From assembly GCA_021463515.1 (NCBI GenBank), contig JAJTYZ010000112.1, positions 1,764-65,763 of the forward strand: DNA of 64,000 nucleotides, given 5' to 3'. The notes below the pieces were generated by a model. It saw nothing but the letters and a program-made list of their open reading frames with translations. It made no database searches and was not told the origin of the DNA. Numbering within the stretch: the stretch's first letter is position 1; each line of letters starts with the position of its first letter. Origin of the DNA: Chthoniobacterales bacterium. Lineage in GTDB: Bacteria > Verrucomicrobiota > Verrucomicrobiia > Chthoniobacterales > JACTMZ01. Shown one piece after another: positions 9,689 through 19,088 of this stretch. Position numbers and translations under genes: made by a program.

Positions 9689-10446
9689 GATGTAGCTCTT
9701 CTCTGAGCAATACTAAATACAGAGGTTCCTATAGGGCATTTTATGGCTTTACAAACTCGAGACTCCCAAGTTCCTACCCTAGTAAGGAATGCATTGGCCC
9801 AAACAGGAGGAGGCACAAGGTCTGATTTGGCCTCTATTAAAGACGTAAGCTTATGGCGCTTACTTATTTGCCTCCAAAATAAGATCGGTAAAAAAAGCCA
9901 TGCATTCCAACAAAACACATGATTGACAACGAATTCATGTCTTTGGTGTAAGTTCTTCACACCCTGGGGTGTATATCGTCTCGCACTATACACTGCCACA
10001 TCGTGTTGCCCACGCAAACAACGATAGGCAGGAAGATTCATAATCAATTTTCCATCGCGACGAAGTACACGGCAGAATTCTTTCATAGAGCGCTCTTGAT
10101 TGACTCCCTCGGAACAAAGGACATCGAGGGATACAATCACATCCAGAGACGCATCAGGAAGAGGTATCTCATCAACACTCGCTTGAAAAACGTCATGAAA
10201 TCCTCGCTCACGCGTATGCTCTAAAGCTAGAGGCGAAACATCAAAGCCGTTCAGTTTCCAAGAATCTTTCCTCTCACGCAGGACCGCTAATGTCCCACCA
10301 GTTCCGCATCCAGCATCAAGAAGATGTGCGATGGGGTTACTAACTGTCGCTCGAACAACTTCATTAGCTGTCATCTCTCGTAATACCTTATACCACCAAT
10401 ACCCATCCTCCACTGAACGCATCGTTTGATATTCTTGATCAAGCAT
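9685..10446 (-). CDS. Class I SAM-dependent methyltransferase
   Basis: EDGYWWY, LDAGCGTG, SLDVL, HDVAV..RRY. Confidence 0.9.
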   Translation of the reverse strand: MLDQEYQTMRSVEDGYWWYKVLREMTANEVVRATVSNPIAHLLDAGCGTGGTLAVLRERKDSWKLNGFDVSPLALEHTRERGFHDVFQASVDEIPLPDASLDVIVSLDVLCSEGVNQERSMKEFCRVLRRDGKLIMNLPAYRCLRGQHDVAVYSARRYTPQGVKNLHQRHEFVVNHVFCWNAWLFLPILFWRQISKRHKLTSLIEAKSDLVPPPVWANAFLTRVGTWESRVCKAIKCPIGTSVFSIAQRRATS

Positions 10447-10457
10447 AACAATTCATC

Positions 10458-11339
10458 TTAAACACTAGCCCCAAAAAGAGCTTTCTCAAAATCAGACTTA
10501 CCACTCGCAAAAAGAGCATTCCCCTCTATAAACGCTGCGCTTGTATCACTCTCCGTCAGCACCCTCATATCAGCCCCGAATGCTGTAAATTCACGATCTT
10601 TCATGAATGCCAACTTCTCAGCCCAGAAAGGCTCGGCTTCCATGAGAATAAAACTTGGACGTAAATTCTCAAAGTCAAAACCCTCTAACGCGGAAAGTTC
10701 AGAACCTTCAACATCCAATTTTACAACAGTTGGTGCTCCCGAACCAAATTCATGGACGACTTCGCGAAATACGACTGCTGGTATCCAATAATCTGGTTTC
10801 TCATGATCAAGCACTCCATGCGACCAAGCCGTCATCCCTTCCGCTAGTCCCCCATGGCACCAAGGAATTAAGCCCGCCTTATCACCAAGTGCCGCGTGAA
10901 CTAAATGGGCATCCGAGACCTGATTACGATTGATATTATCATGCAACTGCAAGAATGACGCAGGATTGGGCTCAAAACACAAAATCTTTAGTTCAGGGAT
11001 CGAAGACATAACACACGAGAATAGCCCATGGTGAGCACCTATATCTGCAAACCACCCCTTATGGTGCCTAAGAAGATCGCGGCAGAGGTTGATGGAATGT
11101 GGTTCGAAAGCTCCTTTCGTCAAAATATTCCATCCGATAAAATCGGATGGATCAGCACAAAACAATGTTCCACTTGATCCCTCACGATAGACCCATGCAT
11201 TTGATGGAAGGCGTCTGAAAAGAATCTTTAATATCCGTATTTTCGATGGATGCGCAGGGATTTTCCGAGCATAAATGGCCAAAGCTTTCACGAAAGGATG
11301 TAGAGGAACCCAGTGATATATCCTTGTAGTAGTTTTCAC
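10458..11339 (-). CDS. FkbM family methyltransferase
   Basis: DIGAHHG, FEPNP, KLDVEGSE. Confidence 0.9.
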   Translation of the reverse strand: MKTTTRIYHWVPLHPFVKALAIYARKIPAHPSKIRILKILFRRLPSNAWVYREGSSGTLFCADPSDFIGWNILTKGAFEPHSINLCRDLLRHHKGWFADIGAHHGLFSCVMSSIPELKILCFEPNPASFLQLHDNINRNQVSDAHLVHAALGDKAGLIPWCHGGLAEGMTAWSHGVLDHEKPDYWIPAVVFREVVHEFGSGAPTVVKLDVEGSELSALEGFDFENLRPSFILMEAEPFWAEKLAFMKDREFTAFGADMRVLTESDTSAAFIEGNALFASGKSDFEKALFGASV

Positions 11340-11400
11340 ATTTCCTCCTCTAAATAACTATGCCATCAGCATCTTTACGATTCCTGTAAGATGAATACCT

Positions 11401-12111
11401 TTAAAAGTTAACAAAAGGCACATTCCAATCTCTCGGCGGTTCACCTTTCTTTGTGAAGCCACACAATTGCCTTACACCTAGCAAGTTTCCCACTCTCTTC
11501 TTTAGTGACTTATGAGGATTTTCTAGCACACGATAGTCAATTTCATTTAGAATCTGGCCATAATTCGTGCGAATAAACTTTATCACCTTGCAGACATGCG
11601 GATCGCAACAATCGTCAAACAACATAATCCCACCAAGCCTCAAAACACGTAACGCATAGTAAAAATCTATGAAAGCATCTTCAAAAACGTGAGAGCCATC
11701 AATATAAATGATATCGAATTGCTCATTACTTCGACAAATCTCAGGAAGCACGAGAGAGGAATAATCCTCATGCAAAGTAAAATTCCCAGAAAACCCGCAA
11801 TCCGAAATGGCTCTTACAGCACTTCCCCCCCACCCTTTGCTTTGGAAAGGATCAATGGCACTATGATGGAAACCATCAACTGACACCTCCTTCAAAGTCG
11901 CCAGAAATGCAAGTGCCGATCCACCAAAGGCCAAACCAATCTCCAATGTTCTCGATGGACGCCCACGAAGGATTAATTCTCGTATAATCCGAATATTATT
12001 AAGCGTCGAAATGCCTCCAATCTGAACCACATTACCAGAGAGATCAAGAGATTTCCCGGACTCCATCATCTTCCGTAATTTCGGGCAAAAATCTAAATAT
12101 GTTGCATCCAT
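11401..12111 (-). CDS. Class I SAM-dependent methyltransferase (Methyltransf_24-like)
   Basis: LEIGLAFGGS, IYIDGSH, GGIMLFDD. Confidence 0.85.
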   Translation of the reverse strand: MDATYLDFCPKLRKMMESGKSLDLSGNVVQIGGISTLNNIRIIRELILRGRPSRTLEIGLAFGGSALAFLATLKEVSVDGFHHSAIDPFQSKGWGGSAVRAISDCGFSGNFTLHEDYSSLVLPEICRSNEQFDIIYIDGSHVFEDAFIDFYYALRVLRLGGIMLFDDCCDPHVCKVIKFIRTNYGQILNEIDYRVLENPHKSLKKRVGNLLGVRQLCGFTKKGEPPRDWNVPFVNF

Positions 12112-12157
12112 AATCTAACAAACCTGATGAAAAACGCCAAATAAAACCACTATTATC

Positions 12158-13291
12158 TCATCCACCGCCGGCCAACTCTAAAAATCTCCGCGCCATGGCG
12201 GCAGGTGAATAATTCGCAATCACCCAATCATGTCCCTCAACAGCCACCTTACCCAAAATTTCAGGCTCATCTTTAATACGTTCAAGAGTTTTCTTCGGTT
12301 GCGCCAAATCAACTCCAATATAGTGTTTCCAATTCTCCGGCATTACCGGAAGATCAACTCCATACATCTCTAAATCCAGATTGATCACCACACACCCGGC
12401 CACCCAAGCCTCCCACGCTCGAAAACTATCCCACTGAATAGACCGCCGAGGTCGCAGATCAAACTTAGCTATAAAATCAAAAAAATGCCGTTTCAATTTT
12501 GCCTTATTCCCTCCCACCATATAGCTTTGCGGATTCCACGGCATCGGCGGAATAAGTTCACCACAAAAGCAAGCAACGGCTTGGCTACTCTTTAGGCGAT
12601 TGTAATAGTTTTGCGAAAACCTCATCCCCGTCTGTTCCCACATAAGCCGCTCATAAGGATTAGAAGGTTCTTTCTTGAGATCATCTTTCGTCGTATCGAA
12701 TGGGATTATCTTTTCTAATTGCGGCAAAAATTTCTTCTCGGCTTCAATTCGCGCTCCATGCCCATAGGGATGCGAGGCTCCAAAGTTCACCGACACAACA
12801 CGCCGCCGCTCGGCAAACGACAACGCTCCTGACGTAGCTTGCACAATACGGTTGGTGAACCCTAAAACCCACGGACGCATGTTTTCCGGATGCCACGCAC
12901 GGCGGTTCAACTTAGAACGCAAAATCAGATCAAACTTCCGGTATTCAGGTTCCCAAGATTCTGTCCAATACCCATCATGGTTGTCCATACACACCGTCAC
13001 ATACCTCCTTCCTTTCTTAAATAAGCCTTCCGGCAAAGGGCGCTTTAGAACCTCAAAACTCCCTGGACGCATAAAAACCGACCACGTGTAACTAACCACC
13101 ACAACATCGCAATCATCCGGGCTTACATCGGGGTCATGTTTTATTAAGAAATCGTCAGACACTGCAGACTGACGCCAATAATTACAGCTTCCATAAAATG
13201 GCACGCCGAGTTTTTTTAATCCTTCCGCCAGAGTAACTACATCCTCCTGCAGATTGAAAGGCTCATCACGACAATAGAAGTAAACCCGCAT
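12158..13291 (-). CDS. Putative glycosyltransferase / conserved glycan-locus protein
   Basis: C-terminus SFRAWEAWVAGC..ENWKHYI..YSPAAMARRF resembles a GT-B C-domain; ATG 13291 chosen because the upstream extension is repeat-derived. Confidence 0.55.
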   Translation of the reverse strand: MRVYFYCRDEPFNLQEDVVTLAEGLKKLGVPFYGSCNYWRQSAVSDDFLIKHDPDVSPDDCDVVVVSYTWSVFMRPGSFEVLKRPLPEGLFKKGRRYVTVCMDNHDGYWTESWEPEYRKFDLILRSKLNRRAWHPENMRPWVLGFTNRIVQATSGALSFAERRRVVSVNFGASHPYGHGARIEAEKKFLPQLEKIIPFDTTKDDLKKEPSNPYERLMWEQTGMRFSQNYYNRLKSSQAVACFCGELIPPMPWNPQSYMVGGNKAKLKRHFFDFIAKFDLRPRRSIQWDSFRAWEAWVAGCVVINLDLEMYGVDLPVMPENWKHYIGVDLAQPKKTLERIKDEPEILGKVAVEGHDWVIANYSPAAMARRFLELAGGG

Positions 13292-13331
13292 TTCGTTTTT
13301 AGCTTTCTTGTCCTCTCCTGCCGACGGCCAA

Positions 13332-14390
13332 CTACCTACTGTCAACTTCCCTGCTCAGTTTTTCGGCCTTTTCTCCCAGTGCTGCAGCATAAGCTCCTAA
13401 GTCATGCTGACCGGCTCTAATCTCCCTTACAGCTTTCCACATGCCGCGCCTTCGTGACATTGTCATCTCCCATTCCAAACGCCTCAGTCGCCCCCTTCGC
13501 ATAAAGGACATAATCCAGAATCGCCAATCGTTGCGCGGATGCAAGATGCGCCCATTCTCAACAAATCCATGCAATACAGTTGAATAGGCATTGGCCTCCG
13601 CATTTTTCAGCAAATATTCATCAGAGCAACGACCCACAGGGATCAAATGATCCATCAACAACTTCTTAAATACACCCTTTCCATACCCTGATTGACACCC
13701 CACATAAGATAAGTCGGAATCTCCTCCGAAGCCAGCACTTTTTGGAGTCGGATCTAGCAGCCGACGCATCGGATTATCCAAAACACGTTGTCGGTAAAGT
13801 TTTAAGGTCTCCCTCCGTGCACATAGTCCTGCTCCCCATGGGGTGGAATCATGATGCTCAATCACATTGGACCAAATATCCTGTGTTAATTCACGCGCAC
13901 ACAAAGCACCCCGCAGCCAGGTATCAGGTGCCTTATCCGGCTCATCAAACTTTAGTAAAATTTGCCCACCCCAAGTTCCTAGGTGAGGGAAATCCCTAGA
14001 AATTTTGACAACCTCCTCAAGATAATCCGCCCGCAAAGCATTATCCTGATCCACAAAAACAAAGACATCTCCCTTCCCCAACTCAAACCCATACAGTCTG
14101 GAACTCACCAACCCAATCCCCTCCCGCTTCCGGTCCGTCTGCACAAGCCGCGCATTGGGATGCCATCCCAAATCCACAACCACCCTCCCTTCCTCCTCCC
14201 TCACCAACTCATCCCCTGCCCACTGCCCACTGCCAACTGTCAACTTCTTCCTCGACGCATCATCAATAACGATCAGCTCCCATTGATCCTTAGGCAGCGT
14301 CTGACTCATAAGTGCCTCCAGCACAATCCCCAAATGCCGCACTCCAGGATTGCAGCAGGGCATGATAACGGAAATGAAGTTGGCAGACAT
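13332..14390 (-). CDS. Glycosyltransferase family 2 with a short repeat-derived insertion
   Basis: ISVIMPCCNP, IDDAS, FVDQDN, GAGLC, GDSDL. Confidence 0.9.
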   Translation of the reverse strand: MSANFISVIMPCCNPGVRHLGIVLEALMSQTLPKDQWELIVIDDASRKKLTVGSGQWAGDELVREEEGRVVVDLGWHPNARLVQTDRKREGIGLVSSRLYGFELGKGDVFVFVDQDNALRADYLEEVVKISRDFPHLGTWGGQILLKFDEPDKAPDTWLRGALCARELTQDIWSNVIEHHDSTPWGAGLCARRETLKLYRQRVLDNPMRRLLDPTPKSAGFGGDSDLSYVGCQSGYGKGVFKKLLMDHLIPVGRCSDEYLLKNAEANAYSTVLHGFVENGRILHPRNDWRFWIMSFMRRGRLRRLEWEMTMSRRRGMWKAVREIRAGQHDLGAYAAALGEKAEKLSREVDSR

Positions 14391-14407
14391 CAGTAGTCAG
14401 TTGGCAG

Positions 14408-14758
14408 TTATTGCTTCAGTGAGCGTATCAAACCTTGGATCATGGCCGAAAGCTCACGACTATCGCTGATCCAGCGATCAGCAATAGAGTTTTCTAGCAA
14501 ACCGGCTTTTACACCCACAGTTGCTTGTGTCCGAAATTCCCCACATGAACCTCGAGCGTAATCAAGAAACTTCAAGCGATCGGGCAGCGATCTCCGCTCC
14601 ATACCTTCAGCAATATTCGAGGGAATAGAAAGTGCCGAACGTGTTATCTGATCACGAAACCCGAAATCTACACACTTCGCAAGCTTTCTGTAAACGTTAG
14701 CACTCAGCTCTACGGAACGCTTCCAATCCTCCAAATCTTCAAAACCCGCCATATACAA
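14408..14758 (-). CDS. Four helix bundle protein (23S rRNA-IVP / Avd-like family)
   Basis: FEDLEDWKRS..DFGFRDQITRSALSIPSNIAEG..FLDYARGSCGE. Confidence 0.9.
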   Translation of the reverse strand: MYMAGFEDLEDWKRSVELSANVYRKLAKCVDFGFRDQITRSALSIPSNIAEGMERRSLPDRLKFLDYARGSCGEFRTQATVGVKAGLLENSIADRWISDSRELSAMIQGLIRSLKQ

Positions 14759-14790
14759 ATTTCCCCTAGTGACTGTCTGCTGCCCGCTGA

Positions 14791-15708
14791 TTACTGCCTA
14801 CTGCCCAAAATTTCCCTGAAATTTTGGGCATATTCCGCAAGACACACCTTCCAATCCCGCATATAATTAATCCCTCTCCACTCCAACTTCATATTAACCA
14901 GCTTCTCAGAATACGGACGCGGCGCAAAGTACTCCTCCTTCCAATAATCGGAACCCACTTCCGTCACTTTCACATCATCCTCCAGCCCTAGAAGTCTCAC
15001 AAATTCCTTGGCAACATCTAAGCGGCTACAGCTTCCTCCACACACCTGATTATAGAGTCCGTAATGCCCCGTTTCCAAAACTCTAAACATCCCATTGGCA
15101 AAGTCTTTGGTATAAGTCGGCGTCCCCAACTTATCCGCCACCACAAAAAGTTCCTTCGCTCCTCCCTGAATTTGCTTAAAAATTTTATTAACAAACTTCT
15201 TGTCCTTTTTCGGGCCGCCCCCCATCATCCATCCCGCACGAAAAATAAAATACTTGCTCATTTTCCGTTCTACAAAGCACTCTCCATAATATTTCGACTT
15301 GGCATAATGACTCGTTGGCAGAGGCATATCGAAATCTGCATAGAACTCCTGCTCGCCGCCAAAAATTCCGGCGGTACTCACATAAACCATGGTTATCCCG
15401 CGAGATTCCGCCAGCAATGCTGTATTCTCCGGCCCCAGCGCATTCGTCGCCCACGAATCCTCCGGATTTTGCTCGCAATATTCCAAATCCGTCAAAGCCC
15501 CCAAATGAAAAACTACCGTGGGCGCAAACTCATCAAACAGCTTCTTCAACGAGAATAAATCTCGAAAGTCCTGATAAACCAACCAAGGTTCATTCACATC
15601 AATATCCGTCGCCAATACATGTTCATATCTTTGCGTTGCCACCTCAAAAACAGCGGCCCCCAACATCCCCCCAGCCCCCAACAACAATACTTTATCCTGT
15701 GTATTCAT
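14791..15708 (-). CDS. rfbD: dTDP-4-dehydrorhamnose reductase-like SDR
   Basis: GAGGMLG, YAKSK, GTPTYTKD, APRP. Confidence 0.75.
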   Translation of the reverse strand: MNTQDKVLLLGAGGMLGAAVFEVATQRYEHVLATDIDVNEPWLVYQDFRDLFSLKKLFDEFAPTVVFHLGALTDLEYCEQNPEDSWATNALGPENTALLAESRGITMVYVSTAGIFGGEQEFYADFDMPLPTSHYAKSKYYGECFVERKMSKYFIFRAGWMMGGGPKKDKKFVNKIFKQIQGGAKELFVVADKLGTPTYTKDFANGMFRVLETGHYGLYNQVCGGSCSRLDVAKEFVRLLGLEDDVKVTEVGSDYWKEEYFAPRPYSEKLVNMKLEWRGINYMRDWKVCLAEYAQNFREILGSRQ

Positions 15709-15794
15709 ATCTTTTATAAATTAAATTCTTCCCATTTTCAACATTTAAGATTTTCAGTATTTTAGCTTTTTCTCCACTCCCTCCTACCAACTGC

Positions 15795-16349
15795 CTACTG
15801 ACTCCTGCCAACTATCCCTTCCCCCAAACTCCCTCCCCTCCCATCCTTTTCCGAAACAACCGGCTCTCCTTTAAGTGGCCACTGAATGCCTAATGATTTA
15901 TCGTTCCAGAGAATGCAACATTCGTAAGATGGCGAATAAAACTCCGTAGTTTTATAGGCAACATCGGCAAACTCAGAGAGCACATAAAATCCATGCGCAA
16001 AACCTTCCGGAATCCACAACATCTCTTGCGCCTCATCAGTTAATACCTCACCCACCCACTTTCCATAGGTCGCAGATTCAGGACGAATATCCACAGCGAC
16101 ATCGAAAATCTTCCCCCGCATCACCGTGATCAGTTTTGCCTGAGCCTTGGGTTCCACTTGATAATGCAATCCCCGCAAAACATTCCTTTTCGAACGCGAA
16201 TGATTATCCTGCACAAACTCTACCTGACGATTCAATACTTCATTTAACTTCAAGCGATTCCAAGATTCCAAAAAGAACCCTCGCTCATCACGAAAAATTT
16301 TCGGCTTAAGCAACATCACACCATCTAGCTTCGTTTGAATTACTTCCAT
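15795..16349 (-). CDS. rfbC: dTDP-4-dehydrorhamnose 3,5-epimerase
   Basis: DERGFFLES, FVQDNHSRS, LRGLHYQ, GFAHGF. Confidence 0.95.
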   Translation of the reverse strand: MEVIQTKLDGVMLLKPKIFRDERGFFLESWNRLKLNEVLNRQVEFVQDNHSRSKRNVLRGLHYQVEPKAQAKLITVMRGKIFDVAVDIRPESATYGKWVGEVLTDEAQEMLWIPEGFAHGFYVLSEFADVAYKTTEFYSPSYECCILWNDKSLGIQWPLKGEPVVSEKDGRGGSLGEGIVGRSQ

Positions 16350-16409
16350 ATTACAAATAGGCCACGAGTGATACTAATTTCTCTGATAAGTATAGAAGGT
16401 CATTCTCCT

Positions 16410-16985
16410 TTAATTTCGTCTTTGCATTACTCGTGCAGGAATTCCCGCCACGATTTCATGGGGTGACACATCCTTCGTCACGACAGCACCTGCAGCCACC
16501 ACCGCTCCATTACCAATCGTCACCCCCCCCAACACCACAACATTTGCTCCAATCCAAACATCGCGCCCAATTTTAGTCGGCAACAAAACATCCGGTGTTT
16601 CACGAATCAGTTCCCCGGCAGACGGAATCCCATGATTGGACGAGAGAATTGTCGCTTTCATCGAAATCAAGGAATGTTCCCCAATCTCTACCCCGCCATG
16701 ACCATAAATCGTGACATAAGGCCCCAAATATACATTGCTATTCAAGTTTATACTTCCATCAAACGCCCACAAGACGACACCCCGCTCCACCCATACGCTA
16801 TCACCCAGAAGAATCCGGCCTTTCGCATTGTAATTTTTAAGACAATTCTTGAATCCCTTCCCCAAATTAAAATCCACATCTGGTGCCAATCGAACGCCGC
16901 GCCCCAACTTTACTCCTCGCACCCTTGCAAGCCACCGCCTCTTTAACAAAAGCAATTTATAGAATTGGTTCAACAACGTATCCAT
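16410..16985 (-). CDS. Hexapeptide-repeat O-acetyltransferase
   Basis: IGRDVWIGANVVVLGGVTIGNGAVVAAGAVVTKDV. Confidence 0.9.
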   Translation of the reverse strand: MDTLLNQFYKLLLLKRRWLARVRGVKLGRGVRLAPDVDFNLGKGFKNCLKNYNAKGRILLGDSVWVERGVVLWAFDGSINLNSNVYLGPYVTIYGHGGVEIGEHSLISMKATILSSNHGIPSAGELIRETPDVLLPTKIGRDVWIGANVVVLGGVTIGNGAVVAAGAVVTKDVSPHEIVAGIPARVMQRRN

Positions 16986-17030
16986 ACCTATACTTTTGCA
17001 GATTTTCGCTCGCGATCAGTTTCTACTGCC

Positions 17031-18179
17031 TTACTCTGTCACAACACTATCCAGTATTCTGACAAATGTTCCTACGGGATCATTATCACGACGGGCATCA
17101 AAAGTTGCACGAGCCGATAATCCCATTTCTCGCCAATGTTTTCGATTTGTCAGTGCTCGGCGCAACGCCTCCTCGACCAACTCGACAGAAGTTGCACCCG
17201 CCAGAAAAGCATTCTCGCCATCTTGCAACCAGTCATCTACCCCCCCCACTCGGGTCGCCAGCAACGGACGCCCACACATCATGGCTTCCAGCATAGTACT
17301 TGCACATCCCTCTGAGCGCGAAGGCAATAGAAAAAGCTCACCACGGCACCAGAAATTGTGAATGTCCTCCGGTGGAAGAAACTCTTGTATCTCCAAACGC
17401 AAAGCAACGCCATAATAGGCGGCATACTCACGAATCAATGCCGCATCCGCCCCATGTCCCGCCAAGCGTATCACAAAATCAAATTCCTTGGCTACTCGCC
17501 CTGCTGCCGCCAGAAAAATATCCCAGCCCTTTTGCCATAAATCTATTCGGCCTAGTGCAAACAAATCAGCAGGCCCAGCAAGATCACCCATCCAAGGCAG
17601 TGCTCCTTTTGCCGTCCAAGCAATCGGATTCTGAATGACACTAGCGCGTGGAATAACCAATCTCATAGTATGCTCCGCTGTCATTCTATTCGCCGTAGAG
17701 ACAAAAGCAGTTCGAGCAGCTTGAGAAAAAACTTTAGTCATAGAAACCTGTGCCTCTTGATTCAAAGTCGGAGCCTCTTGTGCTTGGTGACAAACCAATA
17801 CATACGGCGTCCTCGAAGACAGAAGCCAGTCCATTAAATAATGTTCTGCCGTAAAATCGAAGGTTCCACCTTGCGTCAGTATCACAAGATCCGGAGAAAA
17901 CTTTGCTAACTGAGTCTCCAAATACCCTTCACGCAGCACGGGCGTACGTCGTTGCAATTCCTTACGGCGTCCGCGAAAGATCGAGTTCTCATGACGAAGA
18001 AAAATAGAAGCCCCCGTACGTTGTAATTCCTTCACCTTTTCATGATCCGCCGTCAGCGGACTAATTCCCACGAAAACTTCATCCCCGCGCTCTTGCATTC
18101 GCAACGCCGCCTCTGTCCACAAACGATCGGGACCGCCCCACGGATAACCGAGAATGCAAGATATAAAAGCGACCTTCAT
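17031..18179 (-). CDS. Glycosyltransferase family 4
   Basis: QKGWD, LLPSRSEG..LEAMMCGRP..TRVGG. Confidence 0.9.
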   Translation of the reverse strand: MKVAFISCILGYPWGGPDRLWTEAALRMQERGDEVFVGISPLTADHEKVKELQRTGASIFLRHENSIFRGRRKELQRRTPVLREGYLETQLAKFSPDLVILTQGGTFDFTAEHYLMDWLLSSRTPYVLVCHQAQEAPTLNQEAQVSMTKVFSQAARTAFVSTANRMTAEHTMRLVIPRASVIQNPIAWTAKGALPWMGDLAGPADLFALGRIDLWQKGWDIFLAAAGRVAKEFDFVIRLAGHGADAALIREYAAYYGVALRLEIQEFLPPEDIHNFWCRGELFLLPSRSEGCASTMLEAMMCGRPLLATRVGGVDDWLQDGENAFLAGATSVELVEEALRRALTNRKHWREMGLSARATFDARRDNDPVGTFVRILDSVVTE

Positions 18180-18196
18180 GAATTACTCCGACTCCT

Positions 18197-19051
18197 TCAC
18201 CGCCTCCTCAAAACCAAATGAAATCCTCTTTCGGGATTCTCTTCAGCATCCCAATCCCATGGGATATTGGGATTACCCGAACCTCTCGGAAAATCCTTCG
18301 ATTTCCACCCATCCTTGATCTCGACAAACTCCGGGGCAATTTGGCGAATTTTAGCGAGCCACCAACCCTTAGATTGTACCGTCTGATGCCAACGCAATCC
18401 CGTTGTTGCATCACTATCTTCATAAGTCGCGACGGATGCCGCAAAGATGCCTCCTACCGCTAAATGACGAATAATGTTTGCAAACAATCCATCAATTTTC
18501 TCTTCTGGTATATGCTCCAACACCTCCCAAGCTGTGATGAAATCAAAGAGAACACGCCCCTCTGACTCCGTATCTTGCAAGTCAAAATCTTTCGTAATAT
18601 CCGCCACAAAAAGGCGTTCTCGAATTGTTCCCCATTCCGCTCGCGTATAATGCGCACTCAAATCACTACCTTCAACACCTATTGCATCATGCCCCAAGGA
18701 CAGCATGTCATAAACCAGTCCCCCTCCTGCACACCCCAAATCCAAAAAGCGAACCTTTCGCCCAAACTGCTCTTCTGCCCACACCCCCAAGCGCGGCCAA
18801 CGCGTGTTATCTCGAATGGTTCCTTTCGGTAAAATATGATCTACAGATTCTCGCGCTGGGCCTGCCGAAGATACCAAAACAACGGACGTGTTGCGAATAA
18901 GCCGATCCGCCCCAAGCAAATCTCGTCGAGTAAACTCCAATTCCTTTTGCAACAATTCAAGTTGAGCTTTCAAATCTCCAATCTGATGAACCATGAGATT
19001 CAACCCCAATAATTTTTGAATCGCCGCGCGAAGTTGATGCTTCCAAGTCAT
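18197..19051 (-). CDS. Class I SAM-dependent methyltransferase
   Basis: FLDLGCAGG, WEVLEHI. Confidence 0.85.
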   Translation of the reverse strand: MTWKHQLRAAIQKLLGLNLMVHQIGDLKAQLELLQKELEFTRRDLLGADRLIRNTSVVLVSSAGPARESVDHILPKGTIRDNTRWPRLGVWAEEQFGRKVRFLDLGCAGGGLVYDMLSLGHDAIGVEGSDLSAHYTRAEWGTIRERLFVADITKDFDLQDTESEGRVLFDFITAWEVLEHIPEEKIDGLFANIIRHLAVGGIFAASVATYEDSDATTGLRWHQTVQSKGWWLAKIRQIAPEFVEIKDGWKSKDFPRGSGNPNIPWDWDAEENPERGFHLVLRRR

Positions 19052-19088
19052 AAGTTAAAATTTTCCGCCTCAAATGAGCTGCCACCCG

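Noticed and set aside
14408-14758. Diversity-generating retroelement, suggested by the Avd-like fold
   Set aside because: No reverse transcriptase and no TR/VR pair with adenine-specific differences seen in the window.
17015-17032. Single GGCAGTAG at a gene junction
   Set aside because: One copy only; not distinguishable from chance.
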